64,000 nucleotides of DNA from NCBI GenBank assembly GCA_963790825.1, contig CAWBPM010000002.1:359159-423158 (forward strand), in the 5' to 3' direction. The notes below the pieces were generated by a model. The model saw only the letters and a program-made list of their open reading frames with translations. It was not told where the DNA came from and did not search any database. The stretch comes from Candidatus Levyibacteriota bacterium. Lineage in GTDB: Bacteria; Patescibacteriota; Microgenomatia; Levybacterales; UBA12049. Positions 50,968 through 60,711 of this stretch are shown here, piece by piece. Each line of letters begins with the position of its first letter. The stretch's first letter is position 1. A program made the position numbers and the translations under genes.

Positions 50968-51603
50968 TTGGAGGATATAATAATTACGGACAAATGGAAT
51001 ACCCCAGCCAGTGACGAGATACTTTCGAAAACCGCTTCATCTCTTAAAGCCAATGGAATTAATCCTGTCATCGTTAACACACGCCAAGAAGCGAAGGAGA
51101 AGGTACTTGCACTTCTGCCAATTGGAGCTGAAGTAATGAATATGACTTCCCAGACACTTACTGCTATAGGTATTGTAGATGAGATTAAAAAATCCGGCAG
51201 GTACAATTCTATTCACAATACCATTCTTTCTCTCGATAAGGAAACACAACTGCGTAAAATGAAGGAATTGCGTTCCGTTCCGAACTGGGCGATCGGAAGT
51301 GTCCATGCGGTTACGGAAGATGGACAGATCCTTATCGCATCGGGAACGGGAAGCCAAATACCGGCATATGCTTACGGAGCAAATCATGTCATTTGGGTCG
51401 TTGGCACTCAAAAAATTGTCAAAGATATAGATGAGGGAATTAAGCGAATTTATGAACACTCGTTGTCTCTTGAGTCAGAAAGAATAAATGCTCTTTATGG
51501 CGGAACTGGTGGAAGCAGCGTTAACAGAATACTGATTGTAACTAAAGAGTCGGTACCGGAAAGAACCACTATGATTCTAGTGAAAGAAATGCTTGGATTC
51601 TAA
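50968..51603 (+). CDS. LUD-domain (LutC/YkgG-like) protein
   Basis: GSVHAVTEDG, SGTGSQ, VVGTQKIV, E.LGF. Confidence 0.88.
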   Translation: MEDIIITDKWNTPASDEILSKTASSLKANGINPVIVNTRQEAKEKVLALLPIGAEVMNMTSQTLTAIGIVDEIKKSGRYNSIHNTILSLDKETQLRKMKELRSVPNWAIGSVHAVTEDGQILIASGTGSQIPAYAYGANHVIWVVGTQKIVKDIDEGIKRIYEHSLSLESERINALYGGTGGSSVNRILIVTKESVPERTTMILVKEMLGF

Positions 51604-52012
51604 TAATGCCTATGCCTGCACCGATGAAATGCTCCTTAACGAAGTAGAACGAGTTGAGATCGAAGATGAATATCAGTGCCCCAGGTCTTTTTTCAATCGA
51701 ACACTTTTTGCCTTGGATCACCAAACTAATGTGTGCTTACCAAGAGCAAAATGACTCCGAGAACGATTTCCCATTACCTCAAGACACCAAGTTTTCTAAA
51801 GCTTATTATACGAAAAAAGTGAACTAAAGGAATGGAGAATATGAATTAATTAAATTCTTGTTTGATGAGTATGTTTCGCACTGATTTTTTCCATGATCCA
51901 CATTCGAATTAAAAGACAGTATTGAGCCCTTTTGGACAGAGTGCCGTAAATCCGGGTTTGTACGACGCAAAATTTAGCCAGATCATAGCTGGTTTAATAA
52001 CTAAATCGTACA

Positions 52013-52387
52013 TTATAACCCGTTAAACATGCCACCCCAACGGGAAATGATCCAAAATGAGATCACAGCAATTATAAGACCAGAAATAATATAAATAAGG
52101 CCACGATGTAGCATTTTTATATCTTGTCTTATCATACAAAATACAACCTTAATCAGTCCGCGCATTAATAAGTAAGTAGGGAGAATGATTAGAAAAGCTA
52201 GAACAAGATAATAAGTAAGAATAAGAATCCAGAGGTTTTGTGTACTTCCTATAATTAGAATGATAACTAAGAACAAACCAGCTACATAGTAAGACCAAAT
52301 TGGAAGATTAATATATACTTTCTTGACATATTGAGATTGAGAGGCAGTATTTTTAGGGAGTTGTGGTTTGGGAACCTGATCAACCAT
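52013..52387 (-). CDS. Hypothetical membrane protein
   Basis: Three hydrophobic segments. Confidence 0.6.
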   Translation of the reverse strand: MVDQVPKPQLPKNTASQSQYVKKVYINLPIWSYYVAGLFLVIILIIGSTQNLWILILTYYLVLAFLIILPTYLLMRGLIKVVFCMIRQDIKMLHRGLIYIISGLIIAVISFWIISRWGGMFNGL

Positions 52388-52426
52388 ACCTAAAGCATAC
52401 TACATGAAAGTTATAAATATAAGTGC

Positions 52427-53577
52427 GACAGCGTATCAAAAATGGCAGTTGCAATAGGTAGTATTACTTGACATTGCAATATAAACAAGTAAAAGATGGG
52501 GTATACGTAAAGTACTTTCAGTATGAAGAAATACAAATGCCCCACGTGTCAATCAACAAGGTCTGTTATCCGTCATACAAAACGAGGAAACTCCATTCGC
52601 TATAAATGTAAAAAGTGCGTAATATATTTTTCCATTAAGACAATTCATCTGGATTCAAAAGCAATATTGAATGATCATTTGGATGGTTTATCCTTTCGAA
52701 AACTAGCTATAAAGTATGATACCTCTTCCATGACAGCCTGGAGAGTATGTGAGGAAGCACTGCTAAAGCTGCCTGATAATAATAAGTTTAGCTTTAAGTA
52801 TTGTAATAGATTTTCCAATATCTATGTCTGCGATGGGAAGTATTTTAATATCAAAGGATTTGAATATGATTATGCACTGCTTTGGGGAATTGATTATTTC
52901 AAACATGATATCCCTGTATTTATCCTTGCACCTTCTGAAAACTATTCAGCCTGGGCAACGTATTTCTCTATCTTTAGAATTCTAAATAGATATATAGAAT
53001 TATTAGTTTGTGATGATAATACTAATCTTAAGCTGGCTGCCAGAAACAGCTTTCCGGAGGTTAAGATTCAAACCTGCTTTAACCATTTCAAAGAAAATAT
53101 CAGAGGGAACCTCAAGGTCAGATCAGATACTACCTATAAACCCTTTATGAGAAGAATTGAGGATATACTCACTGAAAAACTATCAGATGATGCTATGAAT
53201 AAAAAGTTATTTGCTCTTTACAAAGACTATCATACGGATCCTCTCTGTCTATCTATACTGACAAATATTGAGAAATACAAACCGGAACTTACAGCCTACA
53301 GGAATATACCGCGAGCACCTATTACCTCAAATATGATTGAAGGCTTAAATGGTCATCTTGAAGCCCGGCTTTTCTCGCTTCGTTCATTCCAATCCCTAAC
53401 TCATGCTAGATTATGGTTTAACGGATATATCCTGAAACGACGTTTTACTAAATACACTGATTGCAGAGGTAAATTTAGATACATGAACGGGAAAACAGGG
53501 GTAAGTATGACTAAAAAACACGACGTTGTCCTGCCAACGTTTTTTTAATTTCTAACTGCCATTTTTGATACGCTTCT
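52427..53577 (+). mobile_element. IS256/ISH6-like (Mutator-type DDE) insertion sequence
   Basis: Perfect 21-bp inverted-repeat core AGCGTATCAAAAATGGCAGTT (52430-52450 / 53554-53574); 9-bp direct repeat TATAAGTGC at 52418-52426 and 53578-53586. Confidence 0.9.
52523..53548 (+). CDS. Transposase (Zn finger + HTH + DDE with CxxH)
   Basis: CPTC...YKCKKC, CDGKY, VCDD, QTCFNH, TSNMIEGLN. Confidence 0.9.
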   Translation: MKKYKCPTCQSTRSVIRHTKRGNSIRYKCKKCVIYFSIKTIHLDSKAILNDHLDGLSFRKLAIKYDTSSMTAWRVCEEALLKLPDNNKFSFKYCNRFSNIYVCDGKYFNIKGFEYDYALLWGIDYFKHDIPVFILAPSENYSAWATYFSIFRILNRYIELLVCDDNTNLKLAARNSFPEVKIQTCFNHFKENIRGNLKVRSDTTYKPFMRRIEDILTEKLSDDAMNKKLFALYKDYHTDPLCLSILTNIEKYKPELTAYRNIPRAPITSNMIEGLNGHLEARLFSLRSFQSLTHARLWFNGYILKRRFTKYTDCRGKFRYMNGKTGVSMTKKHDVVLPTFF

Positions 53578-53583
53578 TATAAG

Positions 53584-53656
53584 TGCCGAGGTTCAGAGTC
53601 GAACTGAAATAGCCTGTTCTTCAGACAGGTGCCTTGACCACCTTGGCTACCTCGGC
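53584..53656 (-). tRNA. tRNA-Phe(GAA)
   Basis: GCCGAGG/CCTCGGC acceptor stem, CCTGT-CTGAAGA-ACAGG, TTCAG-TTCGACT-CTGAA. Confidence 0.92.
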
Positions 53657-53719
53657 GAGATGACCTAACTTAATTAAACAACCCTTTTATATTTATCGAA
53701 AACAACAAAGTATTTATAA

Positions 53720-53778
53720 TCCTAAGCACTTCAACACACTCAATGTCGAAGACTTGCCGAAGGATTGGCTACCTCGGC
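53720..53778 (-). repeat. Duplicated tRNA-Phe 5' end (14 bp) followed by a REP-like hairpin
   Basis: GCCGAGGTAGCCAA is identical to tRNA nt 1-14, followed by TCCT..GCA..CTTCGACA-loop-TGTTGAAG-TGC..AGGA. Confidence 0.75.
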
Positions 53779-53933
53779 TAATGACAAAATTGAATAAGAC
53801 TAAAAGTATTATTCCGTATTATCATTATGGCTATTATAGCAAAGACAAGTCGTTTGTTACAGGCGGAATTTTGTTATTGCTTTTTAAAAACTGGGGAATA
53901 GTACTAAGCTGCTTACAATTTTTCAGAATTATC

Positions 53934-54269
53934 CTACTTGTGGATAAACTGGATGTCTTTCGCTCCACATGATGCAAAGCGTTCTTTTACCAACTCAACG
54001 TCGTTTTGATTGACTGGCACTGCCAAGAAAACATAATCTTCATTTATCTCTTCGTAATAGTCGTTTCCGCTATCTGTAACATTACCATATGCCATAAGTT
54101 TTTCCGGAACATCAGGAATTGTTACGCCCTGGAGAGGACCGGAAGAGGCGGGAGTGTCTTTCGAAATCATCGATACAACACTTGGATCGTAGCCGGCGTT
54201 TTTTAAATTATCCGATAATTCCGATGCTTTGTTTGCATCATTTACGACACCAGTCACCAATCCATCCAT
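53934..54269 (-). CDS. Hypothetical protein (general-stress YflT-like)
   Basis: A......L.NAGY....VS.ISKD...YYEEI......LAV pattern. Confidence 0.55.
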   Translation of the reverse strand: MDGLVTGVVNDANKASELSDNLKNAGYDPSVVSMISKDTPASSGPLQGVTIPDVPEKLMAYGNVTDSGNDYYEEINEDYVFLAVPVNQNDVELVKERFASCGAKDIQFIHK

Positions 54270-54450
54270 ATAAATATCATAGAAAGTTTTTTCCTGTTTT
54301 GCAAGACATAAAATAGTAAGAGGTAGTAAGAGGTTAGATTAAGAAATCAGTAATCTTATGTTTTCTTACATTTGCTTCTTTACAAAACAATAAGTTTCGT
54401 GTAATATACAAAAGTTTTCTGCCCACATATTCCTCTGCCTATTACTTTAT

Positions 54451-57400
54451 ATGACAGAAAAATCATTGATTCATAGATTAGTAGAAGATCATTCAAGAAA
54501 TCGGGCTTTTAAAAGAATAGCAGCAGAGAAGGGAAATGCGCTGGCTATTGCAGAAATAAATAAAGATACACGTGCGTTCCATAAAAAGAGAGAAGAACGC
54601 AAAATAATTCTTCCATTAAATAACTCTCTCCCGGAAACTCCCGGTACAGAACCAATGCCTGCGTTACAAATTGTACCAACCATAACTGACAGTTCTGAAT
54701 TCATGCTAGATGTAATAAGCGATACACCTATATCATTAAAAGAGCTTTTTTTTCAGACAATATCGGAACCGGATCAATCAGGAAATACAGATCTATTATC
54801 ACCGGTAGCAGAACCAAGATTAGAAAGAGCGTTGGCATCATTCGGTTATGACAGTAATGATTTTTTGCAGCGAATAAAAATTAAACCAGAGGTACCAACT
54901 GAAACAGGACCAAGATTAGAAAGACCACTGACATCGTTCAATCCTGATGGCAAAGATTTTTTGAAGAGAGTAAAAATTGGAGCAGAACCAACAGAAACTG
55001 AAACCAAACAACCGGCAAGTACTCAAACACCAGAGTTAGTTGAGGCACCCGTAATAAAACCTATTGAAATGCCTAGAGGCCGCAGGAAAAGATTTGCCGG
55101 TCGAGTTGCCGTAGCTGCACTTACTTTAGCTGGCGTACTCGGAGCAATGCCTGGCCGTACCAGTGCAGACCAAGCATCCACGACGCCCAGAGCAATAACA
55201 TCAGATTCTTCCTTGGTTATTCCGACTCCTGATATAACTAATCCCATAACCGTCACAACTGTTTTAAGTGGTACCAGAGTAACATCTTCAATTACAGGCA
55301 CTGAGAATATTACCTCAACTAATCCTTTGACGGTAACCGACGCAGCACCTATAACCAGTACGGAAAATATCTCCCAAACTAATCCATTAACTAATACTGA
55401 TGGGATAAGCGATACAAATCCGCTGACTTTAACAGACACCAGTCCAATAAGTCCTACCGGCACTGCGATTGCAACTCCTGAACCGAGTGGTACACCAACA
55501 CCTGATGACCCATCACCAAGTACGACGAGCAGTCCTACTCCGAGCTCTACCGGCACACCGAATCCTTATATTAATCCGGATACTGTTTTTCCGCCAAGTA
55601 TTTATTCTGGCCCACGTGTAGATTACACTATTAATCAACCTGGACCACACGCAATCCTTAAGGAAAGAGTGCCCGGGGATGGATCGACAGATTACGCTTC
55701 AGACACAAAAGATGGATTAGATACAGTATCTGCTATGCTTAACCCAAAAACAAATCAACCTGATCATATGTATGTTTGCCAAGTATATACAGATTATAAT
55801 GGGAAAAATGCCATAACAACGAAATTTGTTGAAAGCAGTTTACTTACTCAGAGTCAACTTAATACCATAACATTACCGGGTAACGGAATAGATCTCGCGT
55901 ACAATGCCGATAAGCTAAACTTAATACCTACCGGTGGGATTAAAACAAACACCTATGCATTTGAAACATTGCCAGGTAATGAATGTGCGCCTAAAGCTCC
56001 GCCACCTCCTTGTAAGACTCCGACGGGAACACCAACGGCAATACCATCTGAAACAGCAACAAATACTCCGTCTGCGACTGCTTCCGAAACTTTAACAGCA
56101 ACGCCATTACCTACTGAGACACCTCAAAATACTCCGACGGGAACACCAACGGCAATACCATCTGAAACAGCAACAAATACAGTAACACCCGTACCGACAG
56201 ACACCTTGACACCGACAGCAACCGCGACTAGAACCGCAACTCCTTATTATCCGCCTCCTCCGCCATATATTCCTCCACCTCCTTATTATCCGCCTCCTCC
56301 GCCATATATTCCTCCACCGACTCTTACCTTTACACCGGTACCGACAGCTACTGCGACGTTTACATTCACGCCGACACCTTCGGCAACTGAAACGTCAACA
56401 AATACGCCAACTATAACTCCAGTTGCAACTAATTCCGAAACTCCGACAGCGACCAAAACCCCTCGCCCACGACCCAGTGCAACTCCCCATCTGGTTAAAC
56501 AAACATGTGAAACAATCGTAAACAAAGTGAAAAACATGAAAGAATTAACAAAGAAGCAAAAAACTAAACTTGAGGAACAGCTTGAAAAAAAATACCATTT
56601 AATATGTAATATAATTCCGACTCCAAGCAGAACTCCGCGACCTACGCATACTCGAACCGCAACAGCTACCCGAACTGAAACTCCAAAACCACCACATACA
56701 CCGACTCCTACTGATACACTTACGCCAACTGCAACAAAAACAGCTACCCGAACTGCAACCAGTACCAGAACTGCTACAGCAACATTTACCTTTACACCCA
56801 GACCAACAGAGACTCATACGCCGACAGCAACACCAACTGAAACTCCAAAACCACCACATACACCGACTCCTACTGATACACTTACGCCAACTGCAACAAA
56901 AACAGCTACCCGAACTGCAACCAGTACCAGAACTGCTACAGCAACATTTACCTTTACACCCAGACCAACAGAGACTCATACGCCGACAGCTACCCCAAGT
57001 GAAACACCAAAACCAACCTCTACCCGAACAGCGACTGCTACAGCCACGTTCACTGCTACCCTAACACCTACTCCTACTGATACACTTACGCCAACTGCAA
57101 CGCGAACATCAACAAGAACACCTACTTTTACTGCTACTCTCACACCGAGACCGACCCGAACTGAAACTCCGGTTCCGCCAACTCCGACGAGAACTGCGAC
57201 GATGGTTCCTCCAAAAACAGGCGCGTTTGCAGAATCAGGAATTTTGTCAGATTTACTCTGGAGTCAACCAGTCAAAAAAGATAAAAACTTTAATAAAATC
57301 TGCTACTACGACTTTTCGAAAAATAACCAGCACGTTAGATACCGAAGCGCTGAAGGATTCATAAAAGGAGTGGCAGCCACTCACATATTGACCGACCCAA

Positions 57401-57681
57401 GTGAATCTGATGAGATAGGAGCTGCTTTACGAAAAATAGGTACTAACGAAACGCCGCAGCAATTAAGGGGTAGCATTATCCAGGATAATTTTAAACCGGA
57501 TGACCCAATTGAAGCCGGCGCATTTAATGAGTTATACGACCAGGAACCAACCATTCGTGATGCAGTTGCCAAAATGGTTGCATCAACGAAATTACAAAAC
57601 AACATGGGACCCAATCAGGATGCCATTTCTTCAGGTCCTTTCATTTATACCAGCATGTGGAAACCGCTTAATGGTTATTAA
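54451..57681 (+). CDS. Large Pro/Thr-rich mucin/extensin-like surface protein
   Basis: Internal signal-like segment RGRRKRFAGRVAVAALTLAGVLGA, long TP repeats, YYPPPPPYIPPP x2, PPKTG. Confidence 0.8.
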   Translation: MTEKSLIHRLVEDHSRNRAFKRIAAEKGNALAIAEINKDTRAFHKKREERKIILPLNNSLPETPGTEPMPALQIVPTITDSSEFMLDVISDTPISLKELFFQTISEPDQSGNTDLLSPVAEPRLERALASFGYDSNDFLQRIKIKPEVPTETGPRLERPLTSFNPDGKDFLKRVKIGAEPTETETKQPASTQTPELVEAPVIKPIEMPRGRRKRFAGRVAVAALTLAGVLGAMPGRTSADQASTTPRAITSDSSLVIPTPDITNPITVTTVLSGTRVTSSITGTENITSTNPLTVTDAAPITSTENISQTNPLTNTDGISDTNPLTLTDTSPISPTGTAIATPEPSGTPTPDDPSPSTTSSPTPSSTGTPNPYINPDTVFPPSIYSGPRVDYTINQPGPHAILKERVPGDGSTDYASDTKDGLDTVSAMLNPKTNQPDHMYVCQVYTDYNGKNAITTKFVESSLLTQSQLNTITLPGNGIDLAYNADKLNLIPTGGIKTNTYAFETLPGNECAPKAPPPPCKTPTGTPTAIPSETATNTPSATASETLTATPLPTETPQNTPTGTPTAIPSETATNTVTPVPTDTLTPTATATRTATPYYPPPPPYIPPPPYYPPPPPYIPPPTLTFTPVPTATATFTFTPTPSATETSTNTPTITPVATNSETPTATKTPRPRPSATPHLVKQTCETIVNKVKNMKELTKKQKTKLEEQLEKKYHLICNIIPTPSRTPRPTHTRTATATRTETPKPPHTPTPTDTLTPTATKTATRTATSTRTATATFTFTPRPTETHTPTATPTETPKPPHTPTPTDTLTPTATKTATRTATSTRTATATFTFTPRPTETHTPTATPSETPKPTSTRTATATATFTATLTPTPTDTLTPTATRTSTRTPTFTATLTPRPTRTETPVPPTPTRTATMVPPKTGAFAESGILSDLLWSQPVKKDKNFNKICYYDFSKNNQHVRYRSAEGFIKGVAATHILTDPSESDEIGAALRKIGTNETPQQLRGSIIQDNFKPDDPIEAGAFNELYDQEPTIRDAVAKMVASTKLQNNMGPNQDAISSGPFIYTSMWKPLNGY
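56673..56990 (+). repeat. Near-perfect in-frame tandem repeat, period 162 bp (54 aa), 2 copies
   Basis: AACTGAAACTCCAAAACCACC... starts at 56673 and 56835. Shorter exact duplications lie near 56017/56131 and 56242/56281. Confidence 0.9.
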
Positions 57682-57700
57682 ATCCTCCCGCAACAATTAT

Positions 57701-58480
57701 TTAAAATATAAATCGTACAGAATACAAAGAAGTATTTGTTCTTGTTTGAGTGGGCGGAATTGAAGAACGACGAGATGAAGTATGACTATCTTTTTTGTTT
57801 GTCGCATGTGATCGACTGGCTGGATTCTCCTTTGTTGCAACGTCAATGATGCTATATGAATCAATGCCAAACTGCCAGCATGTTAAAAGACCGATTTGAT
57901 TCTTTTTAATTTCACTGGCAACCCGAGTAAACTCATCAAGCGTCTTCACAACATTTATCGAATCGACAGTAAATATGTGAGGCGCTCCTTGCAAATCTTT
58001 TTTTTGTAGGTAAGGTATCAACCGAACTTCGGCTCCTATTTGTAAACCTTGTTTTTGCAGATAAGATACCGGAGAAGAAGACAAAGAAACTCCCCGAAAA
58101 ACCATTCCGCGATCATCATCTTCGCCCATTAAAAGATTGCCGATACGTGATATTCCTCTATATTCAGGATACAGACAATTCGTCGATTTGGTATAGCGAA
58201 CATTTGCCCTATCTACACTGATACTTGGAATAGTAAGAAGTTCTACTACCGGATTTTGCTCCCAGGCTGAAGCAGGGAGGTCTGCGCAGATATTACTTGC
58301 CTTATGGAGTGGGGGAGGATCTGACTGAGCGAATGTATGTGATTCACCTAATACTGGTCCGCCAATAATTGGAAGAGAAGCAAGAACTAAACGACCGGCT
58401 GCGTTTCTAATTTTCCCAAATCTTTTTCCCGGTTCAATCTCTGACCGATTTCCCATTGCGTTATTATAGTATGAGCCCAT
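57701..58480 (-). CDS. Degenerate sortase-like protein
   Basis: LTIPSISVD, L.IG.EV.L, F.V....VV, LLTCW; the usual His and Arg are not evident. Confidence 0.55.
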   Translation of the reverse strand: MGSYYNNAMGNRSEIEPGKRFGKIRNAAGRLVLASLPIIGGPVLGESHTFAQSDPPPLHKASNICADLPASAWEQNPVVELLTIPSISVDRANVRYTKSTNCLYPEYRGISRIGNLLMGEDDDRGMVFRGVSLSSSPVSYLQKQGLQIGAEVRLIPYLQKKDLQGAPHIFTVDSINVVKTLDEFTRVASEIKKNQIGLLTCWQFGIDSYSIIDVATKENPASRSHATNKKDSHTSSRRSSIPPTQTRTNTSLYSVRFIF

Positions 58481-58572
58481 AGAATATTCAAGCTGAAGAA
58501 TGGTATGCTTTTTTATGAAAAAAGGATTAAACTAATAATATCAGTAATTTATTTCAGTCTTTATTCAGCCAT

Positions 58573-60069
58573 TTGCTGAATAATAAAATTTACATGCAAA
58601 TTAAAAAACATAGTTGGATTAATTGGTATTATCTGGCTGTTTTGGCTATTTTTTTATTAACAATTTTTTTGCGTTTTTATAATTATCCCAACAGGTGGGG
58701 GCTGGCATCTGACCAGGCAAGAGATGCAATCATTATAGAAAAGTCAATCCAACTCCACTCTCTTCCGTTCATAGGTCCATTTTCAGCCTCAGGTCCATTT
58801 GTTTTCGGCTCTTCGTGGTACATTATTTTTATTTTCTTTACTGCCATTCTACCCAACTCTGTTTTGACACCCTGGATAATACAAGGCATCTTCTTTTGTC
58901 TTATAGTCCTTCTTATGATCCACATCGGAAGAAAAATCGAAGGGAAAAGTCTGGGACTTTTGGCAGGACTGTTTACCGCTCTTTCTACTTCACAAGTAAT
59001 ATTATCAACAAACTTAATCTTTTCCGCTCTTGTAAGTGTCATTAGTGTAATTTGCCTGTATTTTTTTATTAAAGCAATAAATGAAAAAAATAATTATTTT
59101 CTTAGCATTTTAGGTTACTTCATAGGCCTGGCAATTACAATCCATTTTCAGGCCATACCGCTTTTTTTACTACTCATCATCGTGTTTTGTGCGAAACGTA
59201 AGTGGTCATCTGTAATATTTGCGCTTTGGGGCTTTATTCTTCCTTTTATCCCGCTTATTGTTTTTGATATTGAAACTAACTTTCATGAAAGTAGTAGTTT
59301 AATTAAATATTTTTTCTCAGCAAATACTGCACCGATAACTGTTCGCTGGCTTACCTATGCAGGTATATTCTGGCCAAAGGTATGGGCTGATATTATCGGC
59401 GGATATACGCCAATTGGGTATCTTATTATAATTTGTACAATTCTCACAAGTACTATTTTCTTGATAAAAAAGAAAATACCACAAACAATGGTATACGTTT
59501 TATTAGGATTTTTAGGGATAGTTGTAATACTGCGTTATTTCCAGGGCACGTTATTTGAGAACTTTTTGTCATTTCTTCATCCGTTTGTTATTTTGATTAC
59601 TGCCTGGATTTGTCTGCAAATAGTTAAATATAATAAATACCTGGGGATAGGTCTCATAACGATTATTGTAGTATTATCCTTTATTGCCAGCTTCACTGCC
59701 ATTACTAATGCCCAAAATCACACTAAAGATGAGACTATTCTCTTGCAATCCTTCATCGAGAAGAAGTATCCCAATAAGAAATTTGCAATTTATGATTATC
59801 AGTACGGAAATACTGCACAGAGTTTGCCTTTGAGTTTATTTCTTTTTATAAAGCGAGAGACAGGTCCGTCTGGTATTCGGATCGGTATCACAAACCAGGG
59901 ATCGATGAGTCCTCTGTATCCACTTCTTTATCACATCGATCTACCTTATGGAATAAATGTTTATGATTTAAATGGCGCGACACCAGGGGATTTGGCACGG
60001 GACAAATGGATACTCGTTAATCCGCGAGCAGTCTTTAATTCTATGCAGGATTGGTATAAGGAGGAGTAG
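58573..60069 (+). CDS. GT-C fold (PMT_2/ArnT/GT39-like) membrane glycosyltransferase
   Basis: LRFYN.......DQARD, PFIGP..S, multiple TM helices. Probable start is ATG 58594. Confidence 0.82.
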   Translation: MLNNKIYMQIKKHSWINWYYLAVLAIFLLTIFLRFYNYPNRWGLASDQARDAIIIEKSIQLHSLPFIGPFSASGPFVFGSSWYIIFIFFTAILPNSVLTPWIIQGIFFCLIVLLMIHIGRKIEGKSLGLLAGLFTALSTSQVILSTNLIFSALVSVISVICLYFFIKAINEKNNYFLSILGYFIGLAITIHFQAIPLFLLLIIVFCAKRKWSSVIFALWGFILPFIPLIVFDIETNFHESSSLIKYFFSANTAPITVRWLTYAGIFWPKVWADIIGGYTPIGYLIIICTILTSTIFLIKKKIPQTMVYVLLGFLGIVVILRYFQGTLFENFLSFLHPFVILITAWICLQIVKYNKYLGIGLITIIVVLSFIASFTAITNAQNHTKDETILLQSFIEKKYPNKKFAIYDYQYGNTAQSLPLSLFLFIKRETGPSGIRIGITNQGSMSPLYPLLYHIDLPYGINVYDLNGATPGDLARDKWILVNPRAVFNSMQDWYKEE

Positions 60070-60098
60070 GAAAGAGAACTCTCAGAAACTGATCAAAG

Positions 60099-60171
60099 TG
60101 GACGATAAGGGACTCGAACCCCTGACATTCGCAGTGTAAATGCGACGCTCTACCAGCTGAGCTAATCGTCC
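60099..60171 (-). tRNA. tRNA-Val(TAC)
   Basis: GGACGAT/ATCGTCC acceptor stem, TCGCA-TTTACAC-TGCGA, GTTCGAGTC. Confidence 0.96.
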
Positions 60172-60280
60172 GTCTCCAAATTATAATCGATTTCCCTCTT
60201 TCGATCAAGGATTAGAGCCTTGATTGGACCAAGACGTAGAGCGGTCAGCAAACTTACTTAACCAGTCTTATGGAATATTT

Positions 60281-60487
60281 TTATGTCTTACTTTTCCAAG
60301 CCCGGGCTGCCACTTTCGCATCTGATTCTGATAGCACTTGTATAATAATTCCCATTTGTACCAATACGTATTCTCCCACAGATATTTTTTCGCCGCCGAT
60401 GAGTGCGAACCGCCGTTCACCCGGATATTGAACCACCGCTTTTTTACCTTCAATTTTTATTACTTTTCCCGGTGCCGCAATACACAT
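60281..60487 (-). CDS. hypC: HypC/HybG/HupF-like hydrogenase maturation chaperone
   Basis: MCIAAPGKVIKIEG...VGEYVLVQMG; the conserved His is replaced by Gln. Confidence 0.85.
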   Translation of the reverse strand: MCIAAPGKVIKIEGKKAVVQYPGERRFALIGGEKISVGEYVLVQMGIIIQVLSESDAKVAARAWKSKT

Positions 60488-60711
60488 AGTAAAATAAGTA
60501 TAGAGAATACAACCCGTTAAAGAAAGAGGCTGTATTTTATTTTCTATGCTGATCTGGTATACACCCCTGCAAACAAAATATAATAAGTATAATGCCTAGC
60601 GTAGCTTTGATTCAATAAAACTCTTTACAACAATTAAATCTCCATTTTGTTTTCTCCAGAAGGTATTACTAAAGTTTGCAAAATCAAAGCGAAGTGGTAT
60701 AAGATAGTTTT

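Noticed and set aside
51940-52012. c-di-GMP-I riboswitch (GACGCAAA) or tRNA-Phe att copy (AGTGCCG)
   Set aside because: No GNRA-capped P1 and no co-oriented gene directly downstream; a 7-bp match is within chance.
56599-56979. Cys/Ser-rich repeated minus-strand ORF resembling a metallothionein
   Set aside because: Antisense translation of the 162-bp Thr/Pro repeat.
56017-57000. Direct repeats as a possible CRISPR array
   Set aside because: In-frame coding repeats with no unique spacers and no cas genes.
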